A stretch of 64,000 nt of DNA from Octopus vulgaris. Lineage: Eukaryota. Each line of letters begins with the position of its first letter. Position 1 is the first letter of the stretch. The translations under genes and the position numbers were made by a program. The stretch is from assembly GCA_951406725.2 (NCBI GenBank), contig OX597816.1:54932001-54996000 (forward strand). The letters are read 5' to 3'. The notes below the pieces were generated by a model. It had not been told where the DNA came from. It searched no databases and saw only the letters and a program-made list of their open reading frames with translations. Shown piece by piece: positions 13,974 through 29,719 of this stretch.

Positions 13974-14840
13974 TCACCATGATTGATCGCTAGCCACTAA
14001 ACCTTTTTTCTTTTCATTTTCTCTTCCTGTTTATCTCTATGATCTTTTTTGTTGAAGAGCGTAAGCTCGAAACCTAAAAGACGTTCTTACTTCCTTATTA
14101 TATAAAATCTTACTTCCCAGTTCTGTCTGTCTCTGTGTGTGTCTTCTAGGATCTCGTGCATCCTCCATCCGATTGCGCTCAAATTTGATATGTAGACACC
14201 GACGATATCAGGGCGTGTATAAGTCTTGGAAAACTCATAAAAATCGATTCCGGCTGAGAATGCTATCGTTAAAGCCGTGGGAACATGCATTTGTACACGC
14301 AAGTACAACAGCTGTTGCGATCGATACGAGTACGCAAGAAAAATGCACGCTGATTTCCTACATGTTTTATCGGATAAACTTATTATTGTTCCAGGTACCT
14401 TCTCTTAAATTCATTTTGATTTTCCATCTAGATTTACCTGCAACTAACCCATTTGCATGCATCGTTTTGGCCTGCTTTTCTTCCCTCAACCTGTACATAA
14501 CTGCACCTTCCATTTTTTGTTGTTTTTCTACTGCTTAAAGGCAAGTTTCTCTCCTGCCAAGCTTACTGTTTAAACCATGTTTGTGTTCTCCCAGTCAACA
14601 GCCTTATCATTACTGGTACGTTAAACTCTTCGGTTGCATATTTGTGTGAATAAAATCGTTTTTCTTTGGAATTGAAAAAAGTCTATCTTTATTTCTTCTT
14701 TTGCTGGAGTCTCAAATTTAGTTAAATCAGTGTTTCTCAAAGGAGAGGCCTATGGGACGGTTGGACAAGTTGTTTTGAGAAAATTTGGCTTAAATGTTTG
14801 ACAACTCAGCACCGGCCATTCGATGGGGGCGTTTTGCTCG

Positions 14841-14875
<35 letters not shown>

Positions 14876-14913
14876 TACATGTATATGCATATGTATATAT
14901 ATTTATATATCTA

Positions 14914-14972
<59 letters not shown>

Positions 14973-14976
14973 ATGC

Positions 14977-15071
<95 letters not shown>

Positions 15072-15354
15072 ATCACCAGAGGCCGACCCAAAGCTTTGTG
15101 AATGGATTTCGTACACGGAAACTTGAAGAAGGCAATCGTATATTTGGGTGTATGCGTGTGTGTGTGTGTGAGTTTGTGCTTGACAACCGATGTTGCTGTG
15201 TTTACGTTCCCATAACTTAGCAGTTCGATAAAAATCACTGATGGAATCAGTACTAGGTTTACATAGAATAAATCCTGGGGTCAATGTGTTCGACCAAAGT
15301 CAGTGCCCCAGCATGGCCGCGGCCAAATGACTGAAACAAGTGAGACAATTGAAA

Positions 15355-15398
15355 TCTATGACATGTTAGTCCCAAGTAACACCGGGTATCTCTGTTAG
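15355..15398 (+). mobile_element. Possible miniature Helitron remnant
   Basis: A|TC start, imperfect hairpin CCCAAGTAACACCGGG, end TTAG|T (canonical CTAG|T). Confidence 0.3.
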
Positions 15399-15474
15399 TA
15401 GATATATATATATATATATATATATGTAAAAATCAATAAATAGTGGGGTTGTGTTGACCACACGTGGAGAAATG

Positions 15475-15777
15475 ATAGGCAAGGAAAAATTATAAAAAGG
15501 CAGAATGCTAAATTTAAGGAAAATTTTAATGAAAATTGGTGTATGGAAAATTTGGAAAAATTAATAAAATATCAAGAATTGTAAGGTGAAACACTCCTCA
15601 AACACCCCAAAAATTTTTTTCTTTACACCTTACAATTCTTGAAAAGTCACATTGTTACGAAAACCGTTTTGAAGTAATATATATATATTTTATTAATTTT
15701 TCAAAATTTTCCATACACCCATTTTCATTAAAATTTTCCTTAAATTTAGCATTCTGCCTTTTTATAATTTTTCCTTG

Positions 15778-15782
<5 letters not shown>
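15475..15782. repeat. Inverted repeat (about 98-bp arms) with nested internal hairpin
   Basis: 15475-15572 versus 15684-15782; inner CAAGAATTGTAAGGTG/CACCTTACAATTCTTG. Confidence 0.88.
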
Positions 15783-15815
<33 letters not shown>

Positions 15816-15938
15816 AGGTAAGGTAGATAAGTTCAGTAAAATTTAGATTCAAATGAATATGGTATTTAAGTTAAAGGCACCAGAATTTAGTATGGTATTA
15901 TCCATATAATTCAAAATGTGGTGATTTTATATATATAT

Positions 15939-16475
<537 letters not shown>

Positions 16476-16582
16476 TAGGTAGAATATAGGTAGAAGTTTG
16501 AAAAGTTATTTGAAAAATTATTTAAGCATTCTCGACCTTGTCTTATTTTCATTATATATATATATATAATAACAAATAAATA

Positions 16583-16999
16583 AATAAAACATATGCATAT
16601 ATACATACATATATGTACATACCTACATCTATATGTATATAATAATGCATATATGACTACAGGACACCACAAATAGACGTAGAACACATCGAGAAGCGAA
16701 AACGTAAAATCAAACAAGGAAACGGACTATTTCTTAACAACGAAAAAACAGAGTACAGGACAAACAATACAAGGAAAATTCCCCTTCATCAGCTGCCCCT
16801 GTTTCGACTCAATGCGTGTTTCGAAGGTAAGGGAAGAACACGATCCGGCCGAACGTTTCCTTGTTTGATTTTATGTTTTCGCTTCTCGTTGTGTTCTACG
16901 TTTATTTGTGGTGTCCTGTACTCATATATGCATGTATATATATATACATATAGATGTAGGTATGTACATATATGTATGTATATATGCATATGTTTTATT
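16583..16999. repeat. Inverted repeat (about 142-bp arms), pLTR-like
   Basis: 16583-16724 versus 16854-16999; spacer has CTGATGA and GAAAC motifs on the minus strand. Confidence 0.85.
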
Positions 17000-17074
17000 A
17001 ATTAAATTGTTATTATATGACTGAACGTCACGCGTTGTTTTCTCTTCTCCAAGTAAGTTTTTATTTGAATATAT

Positions 17075-17141
<67 letters not shown>

Positions 17142-17256
17142 AACAGCAGGTTGCAATGTTTCACCAAAAAGGAGAATTTATAATTGTTACTAAATGTGAC
17201 TAGGGTGTTAAGAAACACCCACATTGCTAGAAATAAGAAATAAAATGCTCTTATTC

Positions 17257-17296
<40 letters not shown>

Positions 17297-18409
17297 TGTG
17301 TGTGTTGTGTGGGTGTGTAAATATATATATATATATATGTATATGTAAAAATGTAAATATATGTATATATAAATACACGCGCGCGCGCACATATGCATGC
17401 ACCCTACCTCCACTCTTTTAGCGGCAGCTATCAAAAGAAAGAGTACTCGAGTCATAGATTACCTGAAGGTCCTGTGTATCTAGAAAAGAACTCAGAATAT
17501 ATCTATTTGACCAATATGTGTGTATGTATGTATGTATGTATGTATGTATGTATGTATGTATGTATGTATATACGTACGTATGTATGTATGTTTGTATGTA
17601 TCTATGTGTGTGTATGTATTTATGTGTTGTGTATGTATTTATGTGTGTGTATGTATTTATGTGTGTGAGTGTGCGTGTATGTCTTTGTATGCTTATAATT
17701 TAGGAAATGATTTTCGAGTCATTCTTATGTCTTTTGACAACGAGAGACGTTCACGCCTGGAATGTCTTTGATTCTGTTTAATAAAGTTTGGGCTGGAACA
17801 AACGAATAGTAACAAATCCAACAGCACCCATCATAGCTACATCGCTTCGGTACCGTAACACAAGACAAATAAATTATGGTGTAGAATCAAGAAGCAATCG
17901 AAGCAAATTATATTAAAAAGAAACAAGAAGACAGAGATTAAAATATGAACTTATAATGGGTAGATGCGGTCGTGTAACTCTAAATAGAGGATGGTTGACT
18001 TTTGACAAACTACTGAGATGTGGAGCCAATAAAGAAACACTTACCGAAATGTTGTGAAATTTCCTGTTGCTATGGTGAATGACAGCGGTAGAATATGTGT
18101 TGTGTAGCCTTGGAGCGGGTATGTCTGTAGAAAAAGATTTAGATCTGCTCGAAGAGGTGTTTCAATGGAAATTTGTTCAATGAAAATCTGATGACGGCAG
18201 GTGTTGTCTGGTAAGAAATACACTTATTAAGTGATGTTGTGTTGCACGTATTTTAGTAGCAGCAGACAGGACGATAACATCGAGAAAGAGGCTGTTTGTT
18301 GCGATGGGGAGAGAGAGAAAGAGAGAAGGTGGACTTGGGAAGCTGTGTTCAGGCTGATGTAAGACTATCAATAAATTCTTGACGTATACATTTAATCAGC
18401 GAGTGTTCC

Positions 18410-18480
<71 letters not shown>

Positions 18481-18874
18481 ACACACACACACACTTATCT
18501 TCGTAAACTACTACGTGTGCGTTTGTGCGTGTAGAGCTATTTGTAAAAGTATTCAGCATGTAGACAGTCTCGCCGAGGCATAAATCGATATCAAGGGAAC
18601 ACTCAGTTTCGATGATAGAAACACGAGATGACACGTGAGTGATGACACAGGTGTTGTTTAGGGACTAGGCGGGGAAATACTGCAGTGACACTCATTGTGC
18701 GTATGTATGTATAAAAATCTTGTGTCACGACAACGAATTAGGCTCCGTAGATGGGACGAATCAAGCTACTATTAAATAAATATATAAGGAACTTATAGCG
18801 AAGCTATTAAGTGTTAGAATCTTCTGTTTGTGTTTCTCCACTGACTCGTATGTGCGTGTGTGTCTGTGTGTATA

Positions 18875-19088
18875 CAGGGGGAAACAAAAGTGGTGGTGTT
18901 GGGGGGGGGGGCACAGTAAATAATAACATTTACTTTGAAATTACATATAAATAATACAATTAAATTTTGGTAAACAATTATTACATATACAATTAAATTT
19001 TATTGTATGCAATAATACAATATAAAAGCACTGAAAATTTTATCAAAACCTATTCAACCTACTGTCTACTTACTTTTGGTTCGCCCTG
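18875..19088. mobile_element. Tc1/mariner-type MITE
   Basis: TA|CAGGGGGAAACAAAAGT ... ACTTTTGGTTCGCCCTG|TA terminal inverted repeats with TA TSD. Confidence 0.7.
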
Positions 19089-19118
19089 TACATATATAAA
19101 TATATATATATACATACA

Positions 19119-19247
<129 letters not shown>

Positions 19248-19368
19248 GTGTTTTATAAGTTTTTAATATATATATATATTATATATATATATTAAAAACT
19301 TCGAATGACCCGTGCGTGTTTTATGTATCGTTTATCTGGATGTTTTGCGGCGTTCATGTCCCATTTTG

Positions 19369-19414
<46 letters not shown>

Positions 19415-19911
19415 GGTGTGGGTGTGTGTGTGTGAGTGTGTGTGTGTATGTATATGTATGTATGTATGTATATATGTATGTATGCATGTATGTATTTATA
19501 TATGCGTGCACGTACAATCAGTGTAACCTGTTTATTGTGCAAGCTTTGGGACGCAGCCTTTTCACAAGTACTGGCTGATAACTTGAAGCAAATAAGGTGT
19601 GGGTGATTCCTTTCATTTGATAACATTATCTCGATTATAATAAGTGGCTTCTCCTTTGTGTGCGAATATACATACATACACATACATACATACAAACATA
19701 CATGCATACACGCATGAATACACACACATGCCACACATGCTGAGAGAGATAGAGAGAAAGAGAGAGCAAAAAGTAGGGTATGAAGAACATTAAGTGGCGT
19801 GGAAAAGGTGGGTAGGAGAAGGCAGCAGTAAAAATGGAGCAGAAAAAGCAGTAGAGTCGGTTGTTATGTCTTTGAATCAGATGTTCCGATTGTGCGCGTG
19901 TGTGTTCTTTG

Positions 19912-20590
<679 letters not shown>

Positions 20591-20772
20591 GTAGGGAGGA
20601 AGGGAGGGGCGAGAATAGGAAGAGGGGAAATACTTGTTTACTTATTCTTTTTACGTCCTACGTATACCAAATGAGATAATACACCTAATGACATAAGATA
20701 AGCTTAAGTTAGAACATGAGAAATGAAATAGAAATATAAACAGCAACAGTAGCAGCAGCAGCAGTAGCAGTG

Positions 20773-20824
<52 letters not shown>

Positions 20825-21129
20825 ACGATATTAATCGTTGACTTAATTCTTCGAAGTAAAAGATGATAGTTTTTGAGAAGAGAGTTTAGTGATTGTGGTG
20901 CGTGTGCGATGACTGGTGTGTCCAGTAACAGGAACCCGATCTACTCAGAGTGAAAACGGATCAATCGGAAAAGAAGAGAGGCATTCAACAGAAGAATTCG
21001 TCTTTTATTCTCACTCTTGGCCTCCGAATCTTCTCGCTGAGATTATTCATCAAAAAGGCCTACTCATTAATGAATGAAGATGCGCAAGTTTGCTTCGTCA
21101 TAGGAGAAATCTTCTCATTGTTGACACTA

Positions 21130-21530
21130 ATGTTGTAGTTTTTTCAGTTTATTCTTTGAAGGGTGTCCATCAAGACATCACTGAATTGCTTCAAGTGTCT
21201 CCTTGATTTTCATGGTTTCTTTCTCATTTGTACGCAGACAATATGCTTTGCAAGTCGTTTACCATCCATTGGAGTCATAGGTTCTACCCACTGAAGGTAG
21301 TTCTTGGTGATGGTGCCTTTGAAACTGGAGGTTCTTGTTTCTTTGAGGGAAGAAAAGAAAACTACACTCTCTACTAGAAAGGGTAATTCTCTAGGAAATT
21401 CTGGACCCAGCAGTTGCATGTGCTTTGAGCATTTTTTCTCTCGTTGTCACTGAACGAATGATGAGCAAAAGCCTTCACCATATCGGAAACAAACACGTCT
21501 CTGTGGTGGAACACTCATGTTCCAAGCCTT
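21130..21530 (-). mobile_element. Degenerate RTE-type LINE 3' fragment
   Basis: LQWVEPMTPMDGKRLAKHIV resembles the RTE LRWxGHVxRMxDxRLPK motif. Confidence 0.5.
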
Positions 21531-21904
21531 AATGCTGATGGTAATGATTCTGGTCATAATATCATCAACAACATTAGAACAACTAAAACACAATAACATA
21601 AAGGGGAAACAGGAATCGTAACAGCAACAACAACAATAGTAAACGACAGCTGTAGCAAAAATTAAAAAAAACAAACAAACAAAAAAAAGTAATAAAAACA
21701 TGAACATCAACAAGAACAAGCATATCTATCCCAACAGCAAGAAAAGCTATAGCCGATAACATGTCCACAACATGGTCGCATAATCTAAGAATAGCTGAAA
21801 AAAAATTTCAAAAACACATTAAAAGCCCACCTTCTGCTGAACCAAACTCATTTATAAACTTTACTTTAAAGACCTACAGTATTTATAATATTTGTCATAT
21901 TTTA

Positions 21905-22146
21905 TACTCTTACTCTTTTACTCTTTTACTTGTTTCAGTCATTTGACCGCGGCAATGCTGGAGCACCACCTTTAGTCAAGCAAATCGACCCCAGGACTTA
22001 TTCTTTGTAAGCATGGTACACTGACAAGGCTTTGGTCGGCCCGAGGCTATAGTAGAAGACACTTGCCCAAGGTGCCGCGCAGTGGGACTGAACCCGGAAC
22101 CATGTCGTTGGTAAGCAAGCTACTTACCACACAGCCACTCCTGCGC
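21905..22146 (-). mobile_element. SINE
   Basis: Reverse complement of the 9632 family head plus the family 3' segment. Confidence 0.8.
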
Positions 22147-23944
22147 ATATATTTACAGACTTTTAAATAGATTTACTTTTTACATGCGTTTTTGACCGCC
22201 TTGCATGCATGCAAAGGATGTTTTTTTTTTTATAATCATTGATCTATTTTTTTTTTATTTCTTAACCTCCCACCAAGCTGCCGAAGGGGTTTGTCAGATG
22301 TTTTATGCAATTTCTGAAGAAAATTATTTTTTCGAATTTTTAATTATTGTAGTCGTGAAACAGTGTTCGGTGTAAATTGAATTAATAAATTTGCTTATTT
22401 ATTTATTTATTTATTTATTTATTCTAGGGTCGATGCTTGATTATGAATAACCCAACTATGTAGCATTGTGTTACTATAAAGAGAGCATTTGATGAAGACG
22501 ATGTCACTGATCTGTGTTATGCCATTTACAAAGTTTTCGCTGTTGCAGTCTAATCGGTTGTAAAGAGGTTTCATGATATCCTCTGTTCAGCCGACATTAA
22601 ATATGTGACATGAAATGACAGAGAACGCTGCTGGACATCACTGTTTCACCTGAAGTCAGCTTTGATCTTGGTGACACCTAATTAAAGGCCTTCCATCTGT
22701 TATAATGCTATCTTTCATTCAGATTCAGGACATCTAGATTTACATTTATTGAATTTAGAATTTCATGGTAGTTTTAAAAGTAGAATGGAATTTCAGTCAG
22801 ATTTGAATGTTATTATTCATTTCAAGTGGCACAAAGCCAGCAAATACGGGAGAGGGAGAAAATCGATTATATCGATCACAGTGCTCAACTGGTACTTATC
22901 GATCTCCGAAAGGATGAACGGCGAAGTCGACTTCAGTGGAATTTGAACCATGAACGTAATGAGGGACAAAATGCTGCTAAGCACTTTGTCCGGCATGGGA
23001 ATTCTTCGCTAGTTCACTTTTTAATAGATAGAAAATGCGAAATTTTGTCCGTCTTTACATTCTGAGTTCGACTTTGCCTTTCATCTTTTCGGGAACGATA
23101 AAATAAGTACAATTTAAACATTGGGGTCGATGGAATGGACATAGCACATCCTCCAGAATTGCTGGTCTGACAGATTGGAAAACTAAGACCTCGGATTACT
23201 GCCTCCAATCCAGCAGTAGCCAGTGACGAGTTGAAATTTTACGAGAGATAAAACTTAGTAAAACACATATCTCGGATTTCAGGTTGAGCCTTGCAGTTAA
23301 GAGGTATGTTTCGAATCGACCCGAGAAGAGTTACTATTAAACACCTTCTTTTTCTTCCCAAACCCTTGGTCAACCAAAGCCTTATGTGCGGAATTTAGAA
23401 GACGGAAACTGTTTAATGTTAGTGGGTGTAAGACGTAATAAATCAATCGCTTTAACACCACTCCTTGCAACCCGGCTGCCTTAAACGCTCTGTGGATAAA
23501 ATTTGTGCCAAGGTCTCTGATTTGAGAAAAAACTACCTCGAGCAGTCAGAGATACCCTGAAAAATGTTAAAAACGCTGTCCTCCCTATTTTTGGCAAAGC
23601 GATGAAAGAAAAAAAATGTTTCATCACATTGTGATTATTAAATCCAATTATAGCGAACGGGATAAAACGATGAATCATCACACACACGCACACACATTTA
23701 CACATGGTCACAAACACACAGATATGTCCGTACATGCAGCCATATGCACATTCACATATCCACACACACACACACACACATACACACACACACACACATA
23801 TTTGCTTGCTTGTGTACAGATACATGCTCTCATGCATATTTATTCACGTATGACTTTGAAAGTGGCGAACTAGCAGAATCTGTAGATTGTCTGACAAAAA
23901 GAGTAGCATTTCGTTTTTCTTTTCCGAGGTCAATATAACAGGTA

Positions 23945-24665
23945 AGGCGGCGAGGTGGCAGAAACGCTAGCGCGCTGGGCGAAATGCTTAGCAGTATTTC
24001 GTCTGCCGTTACGTTCGGAGTTCAAATTCCGCCGAGGTCGACTTTGCCTTTCATCCTTTCGGGGTCGATTAAATAAGTACCAGTTACGCACTGGGGTCGA
24101 TGTAATCGACTTAATCCGTTTGTCTGTCCTTGTTTGTCCCCGCTGCGTGTAGCCCTTTGTGGGTATTAAAGAAATAGGTATTTCGTCCGCCACAACGTTC
24201 TGATTTCAAATTCCACCGAGGTCGATTTTGGCTTTCATTTATTCGGGGTAGATAAATTAAGTACCAGTTGCGTACTGGGGTCGTTCTAATCGACCGGCAA
24301 CCTCCCCCAAAATTTTGGGCCTTGTGCCTAGAGTATAAAATAATATAAGATACTGGTTAAGCACCGGCGTTGATGTAATCGACTTTAACTCTCATCTAGA
24401 ACTGCTGGAGTTGCGCCAGAATTCGAAGCAATCATTATAGCCGTGACTGGGCAGCGAGCTGGCAGAAGCATTAGCAGATCGGATAAAAGGATTAGCGACG
24501 TTTCGTCCGTTTATACGCACTGAGTTTAAATTCAGCCGAAGTCGATTTTGCCCTTCATTCTTTCGGGATCGATAAAATAAGTACTTGTTGAGTACTGGGA
24601 CTGTTTGCTATCGACTAGCCCCACCCACCAAATTTTAGGCCTTGTGCCTTTAGTAGAAAAGATTA
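23945..24665 (+). mobile_element. SINE cluster (full copy 23945-24335, older copy about 24450-24665)
   Basis: GGCGGCGAGGTGGCAGAAACG...GAGTTCAAATTCCGCCGAGGTCGAC...GGCCTTGTGCCT; further fragments at about 22850-23180, 31960-32075 and 33460-33590. Confidence 0.85.
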
Positions 24666-25179
24666 TTACAGCTACCACACAAGGATATCGAGTTAAGATA
24701 TCTAAAAAATTTTCCTGAAATTCGTCTCTTTTAATTTGAACGTCTTTATATATTTCCTTTTAAAAAAAAATGCATATTCTTTAAATTCCGACGCGTGATA
24801 GAACTTACTAAGTGTTGATGAGTGGATTTTAATTGTAAAAATCTAAGTATTTTAACTTTTTGGCGATGAGTCGTTTTGTTTTGTGAGAATGATTTCAAGA
24901 AAAGTAGAAAAAGAGGAGAAAGTTTAAAGGAAATAATAAACTGCAATTCAACAATAACAACTATAATCGCAACAGCTAAAGTAACAACAACAGCATTAAC
25001 AAAATATAAAAACAAAAGATAATAACGACAGCTTATTTTCAGAATTCAGCGAAGAGAATTAATTCAGAAAACGAACAGCAAGTGTAGTAGAATAAACGAT
25101 GTCATTGGCCGTGGTGTGTGTGTGAGATGGGAGGAATACTTTGTCAAAGGCATCGCCGTTTCTTTATCTGCGAAGGACA

Positions 25180-25440
25180 GCAGTGCATAGATCTTGAACT
25201 TGACCTTTGGCAAGTTCACGAGGAAACAGGTGCACAAAATACTGACCTGTACATGGTCATTGTTGACTTGACCAAGACCTTTGATACAGTAAATCGTGAT
25301 ACGCTCTGGAGAATTTTGTCAAAAGTTGGTCTTCCTGATAAAACGGTAAAAGTAATAGTATCACCGTTCAGAGGCGTTTTTTCTGTTGCCGCTGGAACCA
25401 AACGCTGGATGTGTTTTCATATTCTTCTGAATGATGCTCC
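25180..25440 (+). mobile_element. RTE-type LINE reverse-transcriptase fragment
   Basis: LYMVIVDLTKTFDTVNRDTLWRILSKVGLP matches the RT DLxKAFDxV motif. Confidence 0.75.
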
Positions 25441-25600
25441 AACAAAAAAAAAAAAAAATATGAGGTTTTCGAAACAGGAGAGAGAGAGAAAGAAGCAGAG
25501 AGAAGGTGGAAAGAAAGAAAGGAGGAAAAAAAGAAAGAAAGAAAGAAAGACAGACAGAAAGAAAGAGAGAGAAAAAGAAAAAAAGAAAGAAGGCAATAGG

Positions 25601-26417
25601 AATGAAATGTTGGAAAAGTGAAACATTTAACTTCACTTTGTGATACAGATAGGTTAATGGACTATCTGAACATTCTAGACCAACACCTGGTATTGTTGTT
25701 GTTGTCGTTATTGTGGTGGTGGTGGTGGTTGTCGTTGTTGTTGTCATAAATGTTACAACCTTCACAATGAAATGTTGGAAAAGTGAAACATTTAACTTCC
25801 CTTTGTGATACAGATAGGTTAATGGACTATCTGAACATTCTAGACCAACACCTGGTATTGTTGTTGTTGTCGTTATTGTGGTGGTGGTGGTGGTTGTCGT
25901 TGTTGTTGTCATAAATGTTACAACCTTCACAATGAAATGTTGGAAAAGTGAAACATTTAACTTCCTTTGTGATACAGATAGGTTAATGGACTATCTGAAC
26001 ATCCTAGACCAACACCTGGTATTGTTGTTGTTGTCGTTATTGTGGTGGTGGTGGTGGTGATGGTGATGGTGGTGGTTGTCGTTGTTGTTGTCATAAATGT
26101 TACAACCTTCACAATGAAATGTTGGAAAAGTGAAACATTTAACTTCACTTTGTCATACAGATAGGTTAATGGACTATCTGAACATTCTAGACCAACACCT
26201 GGTATTGTTGTTGTTGTCGTTATTGTGGTGGTGGTGGTGATAGTGGTGGTGGTGGTTGTCGTTGTTGTTGTCATAAATGTTACAACCTTCACAATGAAAT
26301 GTTGGAAAAGGGAAAATTTAACTTCCCTTTGTGATACAGATAGGTTAATGGACTATCTGAACATCCTAGACCAACACCTGGTATTGTTGTTGTTGTCATA
26401 AATGTTACAACCTTCAC
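25601..26417. repeat. Minisatellite, 5 units (165, 165, 182, 180, 125 bp)
   Basis: Unit AATGAAATGTTGGAAAAG...CACCTGGTATT(GTT/GGT)n...ACAACCTTCAC starting at 25601, 25766, 25931, 26113 and 26293. Confidence 0.95.
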
Positions 26418-26692
26418 TGAGTCGAAACCGACTCCAGAAAGAACCGCTCCACCCCAATACCTTCTCTCACTTCTTCTCTTCTCCTACTCTCTCTCTCTCT
26501 CCCTCGCTGACCACTTTCCACATCGTCATGTTTACAGTTTAATCTGATTTCATCGACTGATTTTTAAGCAACGTTTAATGTATGGAGATCCGTATCTTTC
26601 CACGTTCCCCAGCACTTCGTATCTTGATAAAATCTACGTGTACATTACATATGTACATTCACACTTCACACACTCACACACTCACACACATA

Positions 26693-26723
<31 letters not shown>

Positions 26724-26782
26724 GTAATCATATAATCCACGAACTACTTGATTCCCAGAATCAACTTTATTTGTGTGTGTGT

Positions 26783-26887
<105 letters not shown>

Positions 26888-26904
26888 TACTACTACACAT
26901 ACAC

Positions 26905-27450
26905 ACAGCAAAACGATACCTCTCGGTTCTACATCAATCACCAAATCTCCAACGTATAATTTTTTAAAAATCACAAATTGTCAGCAGTGGAAGAGAACCA
27001 CCTAACCTCAAGAGACTCCTAACAAAGGCGAGACTCACATTTGAAAAGTAATCGATGGAAGTAACCAACTGTAGAAGCCCCCGTTGTGGGACATGCGAAT
27101 TAATTGACCAAGGGACAACCAAAGGATTCAAGAAGGGGAAGGAATTAAAAGTTATTGCAAACATGAATTGCAAAACAAAATATCTCATCTCCCGCATCAC
27201 ATGCCCACAATGCAATGAAAACTGCATCGGGGGAGATTGGAAGGAAACCGACCAGTTGCGTAAATGTGCATAAACAACAAATTAGGAATCCATCTTTTGG
27301 GAATGTGCCATGCAGTGAACATCTAGATATTTGTGCAAATGGGAAATTAAGACTATTCTCATTTTACGAAATAAACGATGAAAATGTACAACTACGAAAG
27401 GCAAAAGAAGAAAACTTTAAAATCCGAAACTGAACAAAAAATATACAACC
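26905..27450 (+). mobile_element. Penelope-like element (Neptune-like): Zn finger + GIY-YIG endonuclease fragment
   Basis: CRSPRCGTC ... MNCKTKYLISRITCPQCNENCIG ... VHKQQIR...PCSEHLDIC...LRKAKEENF, frameshifted. Confidence 0.8.
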
Positions 27451-27799
27451 CTTCATATAATAAACAATGGTGAAAGAATATTTACATATTTCCTTTTCAC
27501 AAAATATTAGATAAAAATGATTAACTAAGAAAGACAAATGAAGAATGCTTCATAAATAACGTTAAGTCCGAAACTAAACCGGAAATAACTTGCAATACCA
27601 CGACTAAAAACTTCCTCTCATTATCCAAGCACACGTATGTATGGAAGATATTCGAAAGCGCTTACACACACTAGAAAGAAACTTCTTCCACAAAGTTTAG
27701 TGACATTCTAGTAAAGAACTTATAACATTTGGTAAAATAAAAATTTAAGAAATCTTTTGTCATATTTAGTAAAACTGTATGAAGCAATTTTCAAAAATA

Positions 27800-27859
<60 letters not shown>

Positions 27860-27898
27860 TGTTTCGAATTTGCGTAAATGTGTATAGATTAGTATAAC

Positions 27899-28198
27899 AG
27901 TTGAATAAAGATATAAAACAGTCTGGTTTTCACATTTTTTATTATGGTATTTTTGCAAAATCAGCGCTTTCATACATAGTGTATTCATCAAATTTCAATG
28001 TGTTTAACTGACATTTGAGTTCTTGGCAACTTTAGTACCTGGTTGGAGCGTTCTAAGAGGTACTAAAGTTGTCAAGAACTCAACTGTCACTTAAACACAT
28101 TTGAAATCTGATGAGTACACTCTATATGAAATCGCAAATTTTGTTAAAATATCATAATAAAAAACGTGAAAACCAGACTTGTTTAACTTTGTTCAACT
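27899..28198. repeat. Inverted pLTR pair (about 140-bp arms) with decayed hammerhead cores
   Basis: 27899-28040 versus 28058-28198; CTGATGA...GAAA at about 28108-28132. Confidence 0.85.
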
Positions 28199-28199
28199 A

Positions 28200-28271
<72 letters not shown>

Positions 28272-28449
28272 AAGAAAAAATAAGATGGCTAGCAGCAGGC
28301 TGTTTCGCCTCATACCGAAGGAATTAGAAATGGCAGTCAAAGAAAGTTTTTCCATTTTCTATAAGTGGAGAATCCAAAAACGAAGGCCCTTACGGCTCAC
28401 ATACACAAAACCGGAGTGGCAAATATACGAAGTCAGTCACTTACCGTTA

Positions 28450-28514
28450 ATAGCGAACACGTGTTTCTGGATCGCAAACATAGAAATCAGTTTGAATTCC
28501 GTCATCGGCGCTAT
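28450..28514 (-). ncRNA. Hammerhead-like motif (core variant CCGATGA)
   Basis: ATAGCG-CCGATGA-...-GAAAC-ACGT-GTT-CGCTAT; 6-bp stem I, weak stem II. Confidence 0.5.
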
Positions 28515-28757
28515 ATTCGATAGCTTTACCAAATGCCACTAGCCCTCACTTCTGACCCAGCGACATCAGATAGTGGGGGGAAGAGCGCAGATGTTAAAAC
28601 TAAGTAGCGACTGGGAACGTAAATTTTCCCTCCAAAATTCTGCCATACGCGCTTTCTGGGTAATCGTAATGGAATGAGGAATCCACATGGTAATGCAATA
28701 AAAATGGTAAATAATTTTCCTGTGGTTTTTCATGTAACCAACAATTATTTACCGGTA

Positions 28758-28790
<33 letters not shown>

Positions 28791-28791
28791 C

Positions 28792-28849
<58 letters not shown>

Positions 28850-28879
28850 CACACACAATCTCCCACACACAGACACACA

Positions 28880-29715
28880 CAAGCTTGTGTATGTATCTGA
28901 TGAGACAGCACGTAGCAAAGGGGAGCGGATAGATGGATACTGGCAGAGCTCAGAAGAGAAAAGCACGTCAGTGCTCTTCCAATATGCTAGTTAGAACATA
29001 AAGGTTCGATTAATAACATAGATGTTAAGGTATTATCAACGCGTAGAACAGACACAATACTTAAACAGATTACAGAGGCCGTACATATGTAGTAGAAAGA
29101 CCGAGCTTCAATAGAAAACATGACTGGAACAATAACACCCCACCACCACACTACAGAATATGACAACTAAACACAGAATGAGAGAAAATAAGATGCAAAT
29201 TCAGTCAGTATAATATATAAACCCTTATGAACACAGACGAAGGACACACATACACATACTCAAGAGGAACGAGAAAAAAATAAGTAAATAAAAGAAAGAA
29301 TTAAGTAAATAATCGAAAAAAGAACTAGATAAAAGGTACATATACAAACAGAATAATAATCAAACCCATATGCACACATATAAATCACAGAGACATATGC
29401 GCACATACGCACGCACGCACACAGACAGACAGACATAGACACACAGATGTAGACGCAAACACATGCACGGAAAGACAGAATTGACTGAAAGGAATGTGAG
29501 GAGACACGTGAGATGGAGAGTTGCAGAAGAAGTCACAGGTTCGGTGACAAAAGATTTAGACAAAGGACACTAAAAAAAGACAAATAATAAGCTGAAGTGA
29601 AGAAAGAATATACAGAGCGTGTGTTTATTTGGTAAAAAAAATGAATGAAATGACCATCCGAAATATAACAATATTTGGTGCAACACACGATTTCACATCA
29701 GGAATCTTGCGAAGA
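28880..29715 (+). mobile_element. Older Penelope-like element (GIY-YIG + 3' region), related to 46806-47709
   Basis: VYVSDETARSKGERI...STSVLFQYA; 3' end ATGACCATCCGAAATATAACAATAT matches 50176-50200. Confidence 0.7.
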
Positions 29716-29719
29716 AATT

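Noticed and set aside
25601-26417. CRISPR-like array
   Set aside because: Units are wholly repeated with no unique spacers; eukaryotic context and no cas genes.
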